DNA of 63,766 nt, filler included, from Octopus bimaculoides (lineage: Eukaryota): NCBI RefSeq assembly GCF_001194135.2. It is 7 parts of 7 records of this genome, joined end to end, with 100 filler letters (N's around TTAATTAATTAA, not from the genome) between each part and the next. Parts side by side here need not be neighbours in the genome. Positions count along the whole stretch, not along the records: positions 1 to 14,640 come from NC_068991.1; 6 more parts are not named here. The stretch is one strand, 5' to 3'. The notes below the pieces were generated by a model, which saw nothing but the letters and a program-made list of their open reading frames with translations, made no database searches and was not told where the DNA came from. Positions 1 to 13,775 of this stretch are shown one piece after another; within the stretch, counting starts at the first letter, position 1; each line of letters opens with the position of its first letter. Both the position numbers and the translations under genes were made by a program.

Positions 1-73
<73 letters not shown>

Positions 74-142
74 ATACATATGTATGTATCTATGTATATG
101 AAGATAGGCAGATAGAGAGAGAGAGGGAGAGAGAGAGGGAGA
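1..142. repeat. Compound (TA)n/(TG)n/(GA)n microsatellite; one of dozens, most sized N-gaps are flanked by such tracts
   Basis: Direct reading of dinucleotide runs. Confidence 0.95.
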
Positions 143-2305
143 GAAACCACAGAGGTGATAGTTAGAGGGAATAAGATTATGTGTGTATTGAAGAAGTTCA
201 ATACTGGTTTTGACTGAGAGTGGTAACAAGCGAGTGATTTGAGGTGGGGAAGTTTGATGCCTTAGTGTACGTTAGTGTGTGTGTGTGTGGGGGGGGGAGA
301 CGTTAGCAATTAGAAAAGAAGGGGATTGGGTGTGATTGAATAAACAAAGAAAAATAACAATTGAGAAAAAGAGTAAAGGAAAGGGCAGATATCGAAGAAT
401 ATGTACGAAACATAGATTTAAAAACAAAATACGCCCAAAAAATAGATAAGAACTGTTGGGGAAGAATGCGGAGTGTTATATGCGCGCTTATGTTGCAGTC
501 AGATATATATATATATNNNNNNNNNNNNNNNNNNNNNNNNNNNNNNNNNNNNNNNNNNNNNNNNNNNNNNNNNNNNNNNNNNNNNNNNNNNNNNNNNNNN
601 NNNNNNNNNNNNNNNNNNNNNNNNNNNNNNNNNNNNNNNNNNNNNNNNNNNNNNNNNNNNNNNNNNNNNNNNNNNNNNNNNNNNNNNNNNNNNNNNNNNN
701 NNNNNNNNNNNNNNNNNNNNNNNNNNNNNNNNNNNNNNNNNNNNNNNNNNNNNNNNNNNNNNNNNNNNNNNNNNNNNNNNNNNNNNNNNNNNNNNNNNNN
801 NNNNNNNNNNNNNNNNNNNNNNNNNNNNNNNNNNNNNNNNNNNNNNNNNNNNNNNNNNNNNNNNNNNNNNNNNNNNNNNNNNNNNNNNNNNNNNNNNNNN
901 NNNNNNNNNNNNNNNNNNNNNNNNNNNNNNNNNNNNNNNNNNNNNNNNNNNNNNNNNNNNNNNNNNNNNNNNNNNNNNNNNNNNNNNNNNNNNNNNNNNN
1001 NNNNNNNNNNNNNNNNNNNNNNNNNNNNNNNNNNNNNNNNNNNNNNNNNNNNNNNNNNNNNNNNNNNNNNNNNNNNNNNNNNNNNNNNNNNNNNNNNNNN
1101 NNNNNNNNNNNNNNNNNNNNNNNNNNNNNNNNNNNNNNNNNNNNNNNNNNNNNNNNNNNNNNNNNNNNNNNNNNNNNNNNNNNNNNNNNNNNNNNNNNNN
1201 NNNNNTTATTGTGCTTTTAATTATTAATTTTTCTATATGTGATAGTGGATTTTCATCGATGAGTTCTTGAAAATTGGTTATTTTCCCTAAAACTATATAT
1301 ATTTTATATATACTTTATCTATAAGGCTCAATTTAATTTTTTATAAATTGATTTTAATTGAGTTTTTTACCTGTAATTTTGGATTTTGTCCCTAATAATA
1401 TTATTATATATATATATATATATACATACATGTATATATATAAATATATACATATATATATATATATATATATTTATGTGTGTGTGTGTATGTGAGTGTG
1501 TGTGTGTGAGTGTGTGTGTGTATTGTCGAAATGTGTATGTTTGTGTGCGATTATGCGTCTATCATGTGATGAAGGAGAGTAGATATGAGTAAGTGAAAGA
1601 ATATTTTATTGATTTTCTTTTGGCTCAAATTAAGTAAAACAAAATCAATGGGTGAGATCCCAGATTACATTTGGTCCCTTTCCGTTTCTTGTTGTTTTTT
1701 TTTGTCAATTTGTTCATTTGCGTGTTTGTTTGTTTTCTCTTTTGGTCGAAATTTAAGTAATGAATGGAAGAATTGACCTCTGTAAGAATTCGACTTGGTA
1801 GTGAAACGAATATTGATAAATGAATTACTGTAATGCATTTGGACTCACACATCGCTGTGGGAGCACTACATTACACCACACTCCATTTCTCTGCAACGAG
1901 AAATGATGAATGCAAAGAAAACCGAAAGAAATAAAAGAAAATACAAAATATATAGGATTGTCAAATAAGTTTGTGGTTTAAAAAAAAAAAAAATTTCTTC
2001 TACTTGACACCCCATCGTCTTGTGAATGTAAAAGAGGTAGAATTTATTCAAATTTCAAAAACGTTAAACAAAAGATGCAGAGGAGCAATTAAAACCAATG
2101 AAACTCTAAGATATTTTTCGTACTAATTCAAATAAGGTTGGACAGAATTAAAATGGAGAAGAAAAAAAGAAACTAACAAAGAAACGGAAAATATATCCGA
2201 CAGCGCGCTAGAATATTCACAAACAAAGAAAACGAGAAAAAGAATGCAGTAAAAATATCAAGACAAATAGCGAGAGTAAACTACGTCCATATCTGAATAT
2301 GAGGT

Positions 2306-2454
2306 CTTTACATTCTGAGTTCAAATACCGCTGAGGTCGACTTTGTCTTTCATCCTTTCGCGGTCGATCGATTAAGTACTAGTTGCGTACTGGAGTCTAT
2401 TCGACTGGCCCCCTCCCCCAAAAGTTCGGGTCTTGCGCATAGAGTAGAAAAAAT
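2306..2454 (+). mobile_element. tRNA-derived SINE family A, 5'-truncated copy
   Basis: B-box-like GAGTTCAAAT, body GAGGTCGACTTTGTCTTTCATCCTTTCG..GTCGAT..AAGTACTAG, tail AGAGTAGAAAA; matches copies at 2476 and 60131-62635. Confidence 0.85.
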
Positions 2455-2475
2455 TATTATGTTTATACATAATTA

Positions 2476-2763
2476 AGGCGGCGAGCTGACAGAATCGTTA
2501 GCGCGCCGGATGAAATGCTTGGCGGTATTTTGCTCGTCGCTACGTTCTGAATTCAAATTCCGCCGAGGTCGACCTTGCATTTCAGCCTTTCGGAGTCGAT
2601 AAATTGAGTACTAGTGGCGCACTGCGGTCGATCTAATCGACTGGTTCACTCCCACAAAACTTCGGGCATTGTGCCTGAAGTAGAAAAGAATCGTTAGCGC
2701 GCCGGAGGAAATGCTTAGCGGTATTTTGCTCGTCGGTACGTCAAATTCCGCCGAGGTCGACTT
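2476..2763 (+). mobile_element. SINE family A full copy (~2476-2690) fused to a second head-only copy (~2686-2763)
   Basis: AAGGCGGCGAGCTGACAGAATCGTTAGC head, TTCTGAATTCAAATTCC B-box, tail GTAGAAAAGAAT running directly into CGTTAGCGCGCCGG. Confidence 0.9.
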
Positions 2764-2799
2764 GTAGAAGACGCATTGCACAGAGTCCTAGTCTTGGGT

Positions 2800-3060
2800 G
2801 AATTGTAAGAACAATGCTAATATCATTTGGATAATATTGGTGGAATATTTTCCACATGGTGCACATAATATATGTCTCAAGAGGCGTTGCAGAGAATAGA
2901 CCTTCAGCTCTTTAAGTTGAGCCCAATAATCAAGTCCCATAATGCCATTCACTTTTTTGTGATTGATCTTTGTGGCACTTCCATCCTCATTATGTCTTGT
3001 CGTTTGTAGGGGGACCACATTGGGCAGTAGTATTCGAGGTGGGGCCTAGCGAATGTGGAG
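2800..3060 (-). mobile_element. CR1/L2-group LINE ORF2 C-terminal fragment (frameshifted)
   Basis: Manual translation RPHLEYYCPMWSPYKRQDIMRMEVPQRSITK / KVNGIMGLDYWAQLKELKVYSLQR fits the LEYxxxxWSP...YxxRLxxLxLYSLxRRR motif of CR1-group RTs. Confidence 0.8.
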
Positions 3061-3905
3061 AAGAAAATGATGATGTTTTCGAAATACGACTATAAACATT
3101 TTCAAGAAGCATACGAATTTTTACAAGTAAATCTCATTGAACTTATTTTTTTAAATACCAAGCAGTATGCCAAATGTTAGATGAAACTATATTTGTGCGT
3201 AACAGACTTTAAAGTAGAGGAATTTGAAGTAATCTAAATAAATTTAAACTTAGTATGTCTAAAACGAAAAGGAATGTCTCCTTGAGTAACCGGCATTCAG
3301 GTTTTATATCTGAAATTAATTCAGTTATTCAGATACGCATGTGTGCGTGCGCATGCGTGTGTAGTTACATATATCTATGCATATATATATATACATATAT
3401 ATATATANNNNNNNNNNNNNNNNNNNNNNNNNNNNNNNNNNNNNNNNNNNNNNNNNNNNNNNNNNNNNNNNNNNNNNNNNNNNNNNNNNNNNNNNNNNNN
3501 NNNNNNNNNNNNNNNNNNNNNNNNNNNNNNNNNNNNNNNNNNNNNNNNNNNNNNNNNNNNNNNNNNNNNNNNNNNNNNNNNNNNNNNNNNNNNNNNNNNN
3601 NNNNNNNNNNNNNNNNNNNNNNNNNNNNNNNNNNNNNNNNNNNNNNNNNNNNNNNNNNNNNNNNNNNNNNNNNNNNNNNNNNNNNNNNNNNNNNNNNNNN
3701 NNNNNNNNNNNNNNNNNNNNNNNNNNNNNNNNNNNNNNNNNNNNNNNNNNNNNNNNNNNNNNNNNNNNNNNNNNNNNNNNNNNNNNNNNNNNNNNNNNNN
3801 NNNNNNNNNNNNNNNNNNNNNNNNNNNNNNNNNNNNNNNNNNNNNNNNNNNNNNNNNNNNNNNNNNNNNNNNNNNNNNNNNNNNNNNNNNNNNNNNNNNN
3901 NNNNN

Positions 3906-3983
<78 letters not shown>

Positions 3984-3989
3984 GAGGAG

Positions 3990-4135
3990 TGACTCTATGG
4001 TAAGTACCTTCCTTACCAATCACATGGTTCCGGTTCTGGTTTCAGTCCCACTGCATGTCACATTTGGCAAGTGTCTTCTACTAAAGCATTGGGTCGACGA
4101 AAATTCATTTGGGGGTTAATGCCAACGACAATTTG
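3990..4135 (+). mobile_element. SINE family B 5' fragment
   Basis: TGGTAAGTA..CCAATCACATGGTTCC..TTCAGTCCCACTGC..TTGGCAAGTGTCTTCTACT matches the head of the full copy at 17895. Confidence 0.75.
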
Positions 4136-4382
4136 ATGAAACAAGAGGTTAAGAAATTTAATCCTATTCCAGATACACGCGTTGATATTTTTAGGAAATC
4201 TGGAATGAATTTAATTTTGCAGCTTGAAGCTAAATGAAAAGGTTAAAGCGATATTAAAAAAATTTGCTATGATACGATAAGTATGGAACAAGTACACAGG
4301 GGTACAAGGCTAGAAATTTGAATGAACATTTTTGCGCGTAGGTAGAGATGTGTGTGTGTATATGTACGTGCCTCTGTGTGTT

Positions 4383-4463
<81 letters not shown>

Positions 4464-4981
4464 ATACATCTCTGTATTCAAGCATGTATCTGCTTTAATA
4501 TATTCCACTCAGCAAGTAAGCTGTGATAACATATGAATATAGCAGAACAAAAGCTTGGTTATGATTGTAGTAGTAGTAGTAGTAGTAGTAGTAGTTTTTG
4601 TTGTTGCTGCTACTGTTGTTGTTGTTGTTGTTGTTGTTGTTTAATTATGTTCTGTATTTCGAACGATGTTATGTTACGTCAGATATTATGTTCTAACCTG
4701 TTGATTACAAACCATTTCACCGGTTCCCAGAGGATTGTTTCGCCTACATTATATCGTCTATTTGCTTTAGATCTTTTGGAAGCATGCTCAAAATTCTTGC
4801 TGTTCCAACCTATCGAGATTTGTTTTACTCTTTGTTCTTCGTTTCAGTGTTTCTTTGGCGAACTCTGTTTCAGTCGTCGTTGGATGTTTTTATTGAGTTC
4901 ACTCAAAGAAAATTTATTGCTTGTTGCACTCCCATAAACTTTAACTATAATCGTTCAACGAAAGACTTGTAACACCTGCAT

Positions 4982-5013
<32 letters not shown>

Positions 5014-5744
5014 CTATATACATATGTATATAGATATATTTATAGGCGCGCGTGTGTGCGTGTACGTGTGTGGGTGTGTGGGTTTGTGTACCTAGGGACG
5101 CGGGACAGATACCATGTTAAGGTCAGTACAAGCTGGAGAGTAGTAGATATAAGTGCACGTATACTTTATTATGATTTGTTAAGTAGCAAAAATTGGTTCA
5201 CCAGTGTTATATAGTGACTATTAACACAATTATGCAAATAGTATTATGGAATCTCTTAACCGAAATCTAATATTTAGAATTCCTGTTTGGGAAGTACCAT
5301 GAGATAGCATGAATGTTTTTCTATCTTTGGGCTATTTGTTTTGCTTCGCTGTGCTTTTCGTTATTCATTCTGTGCTATTGTTTATGGTAGCAAGTTGGAT
5401 ACACGTTCTGTAAGGAGCAGTGAACAAACTGTGTAACAGTCGGACAGAAATATCTCCGCTCCTAATTCTGCAAAAGAAGGCAAAATGTGGAAATATCTAT
5501 GTAAGTATACATGTATGCATGTACACACACACACACACACACACGCACACACACACACACACACAAGCACACACATACATCTATATAAAAAAAGGGCCCC
5601 CGTCGGTCATGAATGACGATATTATTAATCCTAGAAAGTTCTCCTCCTGAGCACAACACCGAGCAAGATTGTTTATGGAAGATCAGCATTTGCTCATGTA
5701 TACCAGCCTCGTCTCTCTATGCCATCGAATGTTATCGAAAGGAA

Positions 5745-5925
5745 AGGCAAAGGGGGCCAATACAACTTTGCACCTGTGATGTCGCAACTCATTTGTACAG
5801 CTGAGTGAACTGGAGCAAAGTGAAGTAAACTGTTTGTGTTGCTCAACACCGCAAAAGAAGCCCGGTCCGGAAATCGAACTCATTACCTCATGAATATGTG
5901 AGCCCGACGCACTAACCACTGAATC
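5745..5925 (-). mobile_element. tRNA-derived SINE family C
   Basis: Reverse strand has A-box-like CAGTGGTTAGTGCG, B-box GAGTTCGATTTCC, then TTGAGCAACAC..GCTCCAGTTCACTCAGCTGTACAAATGAG body. Confidence 0.7.
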
Positions 5926-7859
5926 ACACATCTTTATATATGTATATAATATATATACATATACATATAGACGTAGACAATGAAAATCTTAGACTGACGT
6001 TCAGTGAAAGGTTTAGATAGAGAAATGACGTTTCGACTATGTTTCAGAAAAGGGAAAAAGTCCAGATCGATGGGAAGGGAAGATGGAGTATAAAGCTGAA
6101 TTTTGTTAACGATAAATTTTGGATGTTATTATATAAAATAGAAAAAAAATATTAAAATGTAAATATAATAATGCATGAAATTTCGAGTTATTTCCCTGGC
6201 CTCAGAAAAACTGAAGGAGCTCTGCAATAAATGTGTGAATTTGAGAGGAGGATATGTTCAATAAAATTATGATGAAGTGATTCTCTTGTATTTTATTTTA
6301 CTCAGAGCCAGGAACTTTTCAGCATCCCTCATACATATTTGACCATTTCAGTAAAAAAGAGAACCGATTCTTCAGAGCAAAATGGCAACAATTTCAGGTT
6401 TTTACATCATGAAAGAAATAACAGTGGATAATGGACCACTGCAAGATTAGACATCCCAAACTGAAAAGATATGTTTTTACTTCCATTTCAGATTTTCATC
6501 TGATTACATTCGAGAACTCGCATCTTATCAACATTGTTTGTGAAAAACTCGGACTCTTAAGAAACGTCTATATTTATTCCTGCCGCTATTTTAACAACGG
6601 CGCGTCCAAGTTCCAATAAAACGATGCTATACAAGTTTGTAGTGATATTAATGCTGAAATTTGTTTAATCAATATAATTTCTTTGACAGATACGAGATCA
6701 TATATTGGGTAAAGTCGAGAGAGAAATTAAACTGTGACAATTATTTTTGTCTGTCTCTTGAGTACAAACTTTATATTTTTCTCCTCTTGTATATTTTATG
6801 TGTTTGACTACGACTCACAAATTAATATTTGTGTGCATGCAAGCATATATATATATATATATATATGCATATATACACAATTATATATATATACACAAAC
6901 ATATATGCACACAAACAGACACAAACATATATGCACACAAACAGACACACACATATATATATACAGATATAAATACGTACATATATACATATACACATAC
7001 AAACACACACACGGACATATATATAGATACGTATTATATTTAACGAATATTTGTTGCCGAGTAATCAAGGGTTGTACGGAAGACACATAATTATATGTTT
7101 TAAATTAAGAGGAGAGAAACACACACGGCGTATATGATGCACAAAGATGAAGCGAGTGCCCAATGGGACGAAATACCGTCTTTGATTCTGCATCGTATAA
7201 GTCACTTCAATTTAACTCTTACAGTTCAATAATATATACACGAAAACATTTATGCACATACACGTACACGATGTTTATATATATTACATAAATAGATAAT
7301 TACCAATATATATAAAAAAAAGTGTGTGTCTATGTGTGCGTGTATTTACGTATATATACGCAGATAAATAGTCATATATGTATATAGTTGGGTATATATG
7401 GGTGTTGAGTTGCAATGTGGAAGATACTTAGTTTATTAGTTTAATGTAATAGTTGGCTTTTTTATCATGAGTTTGTGTTTTACGAGGTATGAGGCGATGG
7501 TTACTAGAGTGATAATATAGTGCCCTTTAGAGAAACGCGTCTGCGCGTGTGTTCACATGTGTAAAGTTCCATAGTTGATGACTGATAAAAAAGTCTAAAC
7601 TGATTAAATTGTTTACGTGTTACACGTATCATGCATATGATATCACCGCGTCCCGCCGACACTTTCCGATTTCTATCAAACTATTTCCTGTTGGACGTGC
7701 TTTATTCATCCACTGCGTATTGATGCTAATCTAGTAGGATTTGAACTCACAACGCACACTCACGACATATACTAAAGGTAATTTTATCCAACGGCACCTA
7801 CCGATACGCCAACTTTTGTTTAAATATAAAGTTCGACTACTTCCAATCATTTACGATGG

Positions 7860-8165
7860 TGTTTAAGTCATTGCACCACGACCAAGACGAGGCACCGCCT
7901 TGAAGGGAATTAATTGAACAAAGCGACCCCAGAGCTTACTGCTTTTAAAGCCTTCTACCTAAACTCTCGATTACTTTAGCTCAAATGTTAAGGGGTGGTC
8001 TCAGACAAGCGCATCCATGAAGACACACACAGAGATTTATATATAATACAAGCATACATACACATGACAGGCTTCTTTCAGTTTCCCTCTGATATCGTTG
8101 CCCAAGGTGCCATGCAGTTGGACTGAACTGGGAACGATGTAATCGACATAATCCCTCCCCACAAA
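7860..8165 (-). mobile_element. Degenerate SINE family B pieces (tail ~7860-7955, head ~8060-8165)
   Basis: Reverse complements of CTGGGGTCG..TTCAAGGCGGTGCC..AATGACT tail and TTCAGTCC..GGCACCTTGGGCAA..GGAAACTGAAAGAAGCC head. Confidence 0.6.
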
Positions 8166-8200
8166 ATTCAAGCCAATAGTAGAAAGGATTATATATGTAT

Positions 8201-8365
8201 AAGGCGCCGAGCTGGTAGGAATTTCACTGCACCGGAAAAATGCTTGAAGTTTTTCCGGCTCCTTACGTTCTGCGCTCAACAGCTTTCATGCATTTGGCGT
8301 CGATTAAATAAGAACTACTTGACCTCTGGGGTCAATCTAATCGACTTAAAGATTCCCCGAAAATA
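8201..8365 (+). mobile_element. Degenerate SINE family A copy
   Basis: AAGGCGCCGAGCTGGTAG head; CTGGGGTCAATCTAATCGACT tail motif. Confidence 0.65.
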
Positions 8366-8726
8366 GCTCTCCTACATGTTTGAGCTGTATGTGTTAGGTG
8401 ATGTAATTCCATTCTATGGAATATCAAACCAATCAATCACACATGTCTTCAGATGCAGGCTTCCATATATTTAAATCGACAACTATATTAACATTTTGAA
8501 CAAGTATTAAAATCTCAGTATGTAACTCTACCTTCCACTACTTAACTTTTCTTACTATCGCATACAATCTATACTTCAAACACACGCACATTAGTCAGAT
8601 TTTACACAAAATCAGTCATTCACATAGATGCATTCGTTTACAGGCACATACGCTAACATATAGAAACCAGTTTAGGAGTATATATGTATATGTGTATATA
8701 TCCGTACACATGCATTTTTCAATCTC

Positions 8727-8763
<37 letters not shown>

Positions 8764-9057
8764 NNNNNNNNNNNNNNNNNNNNNNNNNNNNNNNNNNNNN
8801 NNNNNNNNNNNNNNNNNNNNNNNNNNNNNNNNNNNNNNNNNNNNNNNNNNNNNNNNNNNNNNNNNNNNNNNNNNNNNNNNNNNNNNNNNNNNNNNNNNNN
8901 NNNNNNNNNNNNNNNNNNNNNNNNNNNNNNNNNNNNNNNNNNNNNNNNNNNNNNNNNNNNNNNNNNNNNNNNNNNNNNNNNNNNNNNNNNNNNNNNNNNN
9001 NNNNNNNNNNNNNNNNNNNNNNNNNNNNNNNNNNNNNNNNNNNNNNNNNNNNNNNNN

Positions 9058-9124
<67 letters not shown>

Positions 9125-9691
9125 ATTTGCGTGTATAAGGGTGTGTGCGAGTGAGTGTGTGTGTGTGTGTGTATCTACATACATATACACACACCCAATA
9201 GAAGAAAACACACAGATATTTGCTCGATACAAAGTGTGATACAAGTTCTTCCTCATTATTGCTTTTATGTATTTGTGATTTAATGCACGATATGCATACA
9301 ATATGGACGTAAGCAGATTTTCATAAAACATTCACGTAATAAAATGAATGCGTTAAAACGACAGGAACTTATTGAAAGACACATAAGAGGTAGACATTCA
9401 ATGAGAAGAATTACACATACACGTAGGAGTAAATTCCATTTCAGAGACTTGCATTTCACTTTATAATTCTCTTGTTCTGCTAAGGTTTCCAAATATATAC
9501 AGCGTGATAATAAATGAATCTGATGCAGTTTTGAGTCTTCGATATTTCCAACAATCACGTGCAATATCCGCACACATACAGATAGAATGCTAGAGTGGCA
9601 TAAACACATAGGCATGGAGCTCATACACATCACATACATACATGAATATATAACCATATATAGATGGATACAAGTACACACCCACACACAC

Positions 9692-9766
<75 letters not shown>

Positions 9767-9905
9767 CATGTAAATGCGATATACGCATATGCATATATAT
9801 GCCTATATGAATATATTTATGTGTATGTCTAATATTCATATGCTTCGTGAAATATATTCGTGCATAAATGTAAAGCTCATATACACATGATATTTACATA
9901 ATATG

Positions 9906-9956
<51 letters not shown>

Positions 9957-10804
9957 NNNNNNNNNNNNNNNNNNNNNNNNNNNNNNNNNNNNNNNNNNNN
10001 NNNNNNNNNNNNNNNNNNNNNNNNNNNNNNNNNNNNNNNNNNNNNNNNNNNNNNNNNNNNNNNNNNNNNNNNNNNNNNNNNNNNNNNNNNNNNNNNNNNN
10101 NNNNNNNNNNNNNNNNNNNNNNNNNNNNNNNNNNNNNNNNNNNNNNNNNNNNNNNNNNNNNNNNNNNNNTATTAAATGCAAACATACTTGCCTATGGATA
10201 TATATATATATATATATATATATGCATGTCTGTATGTGTTTATGTATATGTATATAATAATAAAAGATTTGTTAAGTTTTAGATAATGTATAAACTATAA
10301 TCTCGCGAGAATTTTATGAAAGTGCTAGGAAAATAAACGCCATCAATATGGCCCCTAGATTTGATTTTTACGGATGATATTAGTATTATATTTTTCTAAG
10401 CTTACTTATCTTTCACATGTTACAAGCAACAATTAATCTGTGTAACACAGCTTGTTTCTGTTTGAATAATGTAGAATTAATAAATTGCAGATCTTGGTTT
10501 CATATGTTTCTGGTTAATGCATGCTGGAGATTCAAGTTATGTATTCCCTCTCAACGTAGCCACGTGTTTAATAAGGTCTATTAAGTTTGGTCCTAGCGAT
10601 AAACATCCTTAACTGTGGCTGAAGCAGGGGACAATGATTTAGGAATGCAACATAGGGTGAAATATTGTGGTGTACCTATCAAAATATAGTTGGTAATTTC
10701 TGTATTGAAAATTCAGAAATCTTTATGTTGTATATGATGGTTTCATAATGCCTTCAGTTGCACAGAGTCAGAAATTTGAATGGGAGCAGTTTATAGCGAT
10801 TATA

Positions 10805-10895
10805 GCGAATCCAGTACTTGACTGGTATTTATTGTATCGTAGAAGAAACGATGGAAAGTGAAGTTGCATTTGAACTGAGATGGGTTGCAGCGGAA
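10805..10895 (-). mobile_element. SINE family A fragment
   Basis: CCAGTACTTGACTGGTATTTATT..GATGGAAAG..TTTGAACTGAG is the reverse complement of the family A body. Confidence 0.55.
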
Positions 10896-12843
10896 TGCCA
10901 TTCTCTGAACCTCGCTTCTCACTCTAGGTAGTGCTGCGGCAGTAGGAGTTTGGGCCATGGTGCGTAGGAAGCCCCTTGGCAAAGAAATTTTCATTCTAAA
11001 CAAACTTACACCATTGGCTGGATTGTTTTTGTTCCAACTCTCCCCATCATTCTTTTAAACAAAAGCCCAACGGGGATGAGATATGGATGGTGGGAGCAGG
11101 TTTTGGTGAAACTAGAAGTTCCTAGTTCGTACTTGCACGTGGGTGGCAGATGTAAGATGGTCGCCTTCTTGGGACCTGGCGATAATCCATGGATTCGTTC
11201 CTGTATCTGCGACTGGGCAGACGTATTTAGAAACACCGCTGTTCACCCTGAATAGGGAAGGCCCTAGAAAAGGTGGGCTAAAATCAACGCAGTATCCTGG
11301 CTGGTAAGCCAGGTGCAGCATTTGAAGAGAGAATATAGAGTCGGACGAAAGGCTGCAAAGCATTTAATTGTACGCAGTAACGTTTTTGTTTGTTCGTTGT
11401 CTTTGCTGAAGGATATAAAACAATTTTTTGTGGGTTCTACAAATCAAAAAATTAAAGGAAAATGGTTTGTAAAATGGATCGTTTCTTTTTCTGTTTTAAT
11501 CATCGTTTCTTTTTCTGTTTTAAGCTTTTACTGTGCTATGCGAGTGTAAAATGAAAGTGAAAAACACCGAAATTCATGCGCAGCTCTTTTATGTCTGACA
11601 AATTAAACTAAGACAATAATGCAATGATCTGTTATGGCGACCATTTGTAACTGCCAAGCTAAACTAAACTGGCACCAAATTTCTAGATAACTAGCTTTAA
11701 GCATACATTGGAGTTAGATTATAAAATGCATGTTGATTACGCATTTAAGCATGGGTGCCATGTTTGTGCAGATATGCAATTGATTCGACCACAAAGGAAA
11801 AATGAAATCCGTAATACATCCGTTTCCAACCATATTCCGAAAAGCACTTTCTCAATATCTCAACAGTTAAATATTTAAATATACTGGAGACAATACGCGT
11901 TATTCTCGGTCGCTTACATATTTATGTATATTTCAGTTTAATTTAGTTATACGTATATGCACGCACACACACGCACACACAAAGTCACACTTGTATATAT
12001 TAAACCTACACACAGACACACATTCACACTGGTACTCATTAACATGCACACCCCACACGCACATACGTATTGTAAACCTACTCACAGATATATATTCACA
12101 TTCGCACTCATCCCCCCGTATATATGTATATATATAAACATAATATATGCATGTACATATTCATACGCATATGCTGTAAATAAATGTATATGAATATTTA
12201 AATATTAAGCAACCAAAAATTAGTGGTAAGAAGCTCATACGAATATACTGAATGGATTCATACATAGGAAAAGTTTGGAAACATCCAGCTTATCTGCTCA
12301 GAATTGTACAGCCAATAACTGAAGCCAGATTACAAGCACGCAACAACTACAACCATGACAAAGAACCAAAATACTCTAACCCATAAAAGCAAAATGAAAA
12401 TGAGGAGGAACATTCAGAGCAACAGCAACTGGCATAACAAGAACGGCATGGAAAGGTGAAAAAAAAAAAGCAACCGTAACAGCAACATTATCAGCCACAT
12501 GAGATAGAACAATGACACTTAACACACTCGTGCAAGACCCCTTATGTCTAGAAGCGTTCCGAAATTTAAACAATGGGTGGAGGCCTTACTTCTCATAACC
12601 TGTTCAAAGCTAACCATGAGAGTAATGCTAAGACATACAGAAATGTACCGTATATTGAATATATATAAGAGAAAAAAGACTGCTTTTAGACTACGCAAAA
12701 CGAATACCATTTGTAGAATTCTTTCTTCTCTATTTGGAATAGGAATACTTAGAGTATTTTGTATAAACAGCTGTAGACTACTGGCAGCATAGCATTAGGG
12801 ACAACTACACAATCATCACAGTTGACTACGTTTGGATCCAACA

Positions 12844-13110
12844 GCCATCAGCGAGACAAGAATTTCAGGAGCGCAGATGTTTGTCTCCCTAATGGACATC
12901 GACGAGTTTTGAGCTCTTTTTTCTTACCAATCTAGAAACAAGTGGCAAGGTGATGCTGTTTCGCAAAGGCCTGGTCTTAAGGACAGTATATTTATTCTAA
13001 ACCCGGTTGGTAGGTTGCAGGACTTGATTTTCAGTAGTAATGAAGGAAATGGGGGATCCTTCCACCTGGTAACAATTTACGTTCCAACACGAGATGAGCA
13101 GCCGGATTCG
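12844..13110 (+). mobile_element. L1/Tx1-type apurinic endonuclease (ORF2 N-terminus) fragment, pseudogenised
   Basis: AISETR..., VMLFRKGL (other frame), LNPVGRL, GSFHLVTIYVPT follow the order of APE motifs QET / GVAVLF / D-GR / FRLVNVYAP. Confidence 0.65.
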
Positions 13111-13668
13111 TTAGACACAAAACTTTTTCCCGGTTTCAGAGAGACGGATGGATAGATAGACAGATCGACAGAGAGACAGACTGACAGATAGCTAGCTAGA
13201 TAGATAGATTGATACATGCACATATATATATATATANNNNNNNNNNNNNNNNNNNNNNNNNNNNNNNNNNNNNNNNNNNNNNNNNNNNNNNNNNNNNNNN
13301 NNNNNNNNNNNNNNNNNNNNNNNNNNNNNNNNNNNNNNNNNNNNNNNNNNNNNNNNNNNNNNNNNNNNNNNNNNNNNNNNNNNNNNNNNNNNNNNNNNNN
13401 NNNNNNNNNNNNNNNNNNNNNNNNNNNNNNNNNNNNNNNNNNNNNNNNNNNNNNNNNNNNNNNNNNNNNNNNNNNNNNNNNNNNNNNNNNNNNNNNNNNN
13501 NNNNNNNNNNNNNNNNNNNNNNNNNNNNNNNNNNNNNNNNNNNNNNNNNNNNNNNNNNNNNNNNNNNNNNNNNNNNNNNNNNNNNNNNNNNNNNNNNNNN
13601 NNNNNNNNNNNNNNNNNNNNNNNNNNNNNNNNNNNNACATATATATACATATATATATATATATATAG

Positions 13669-13775
<107 letters not shown>

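Noticed and set aside
361-1270. Long ORFs spanning N runs (also at 3255, 8616, 13077, 22249, 23192, 36208, 40391, 50280, 60448)
   Set aside because: They are open only because N codons contain no stops
2476-2570. tRNA gene calls at SINE heads
   Set aside because: A/B-box-like motifs run into SINE bodies, and no cloverleaf can be completed
6020-6050. Minus-strand CTGAAAC..GTCGAAACGTC hammerhead-like string
   Set aside because: Core is not CUGANGA and helices are incomplete; at most a decayed PLE-terminus remnant
10900-11365. GC-richer segment with KGGL and HLKR-like peptides suggesting L1/Tx1 ORF2
   Set aside because: Motifs too degraded to assign without a profile search
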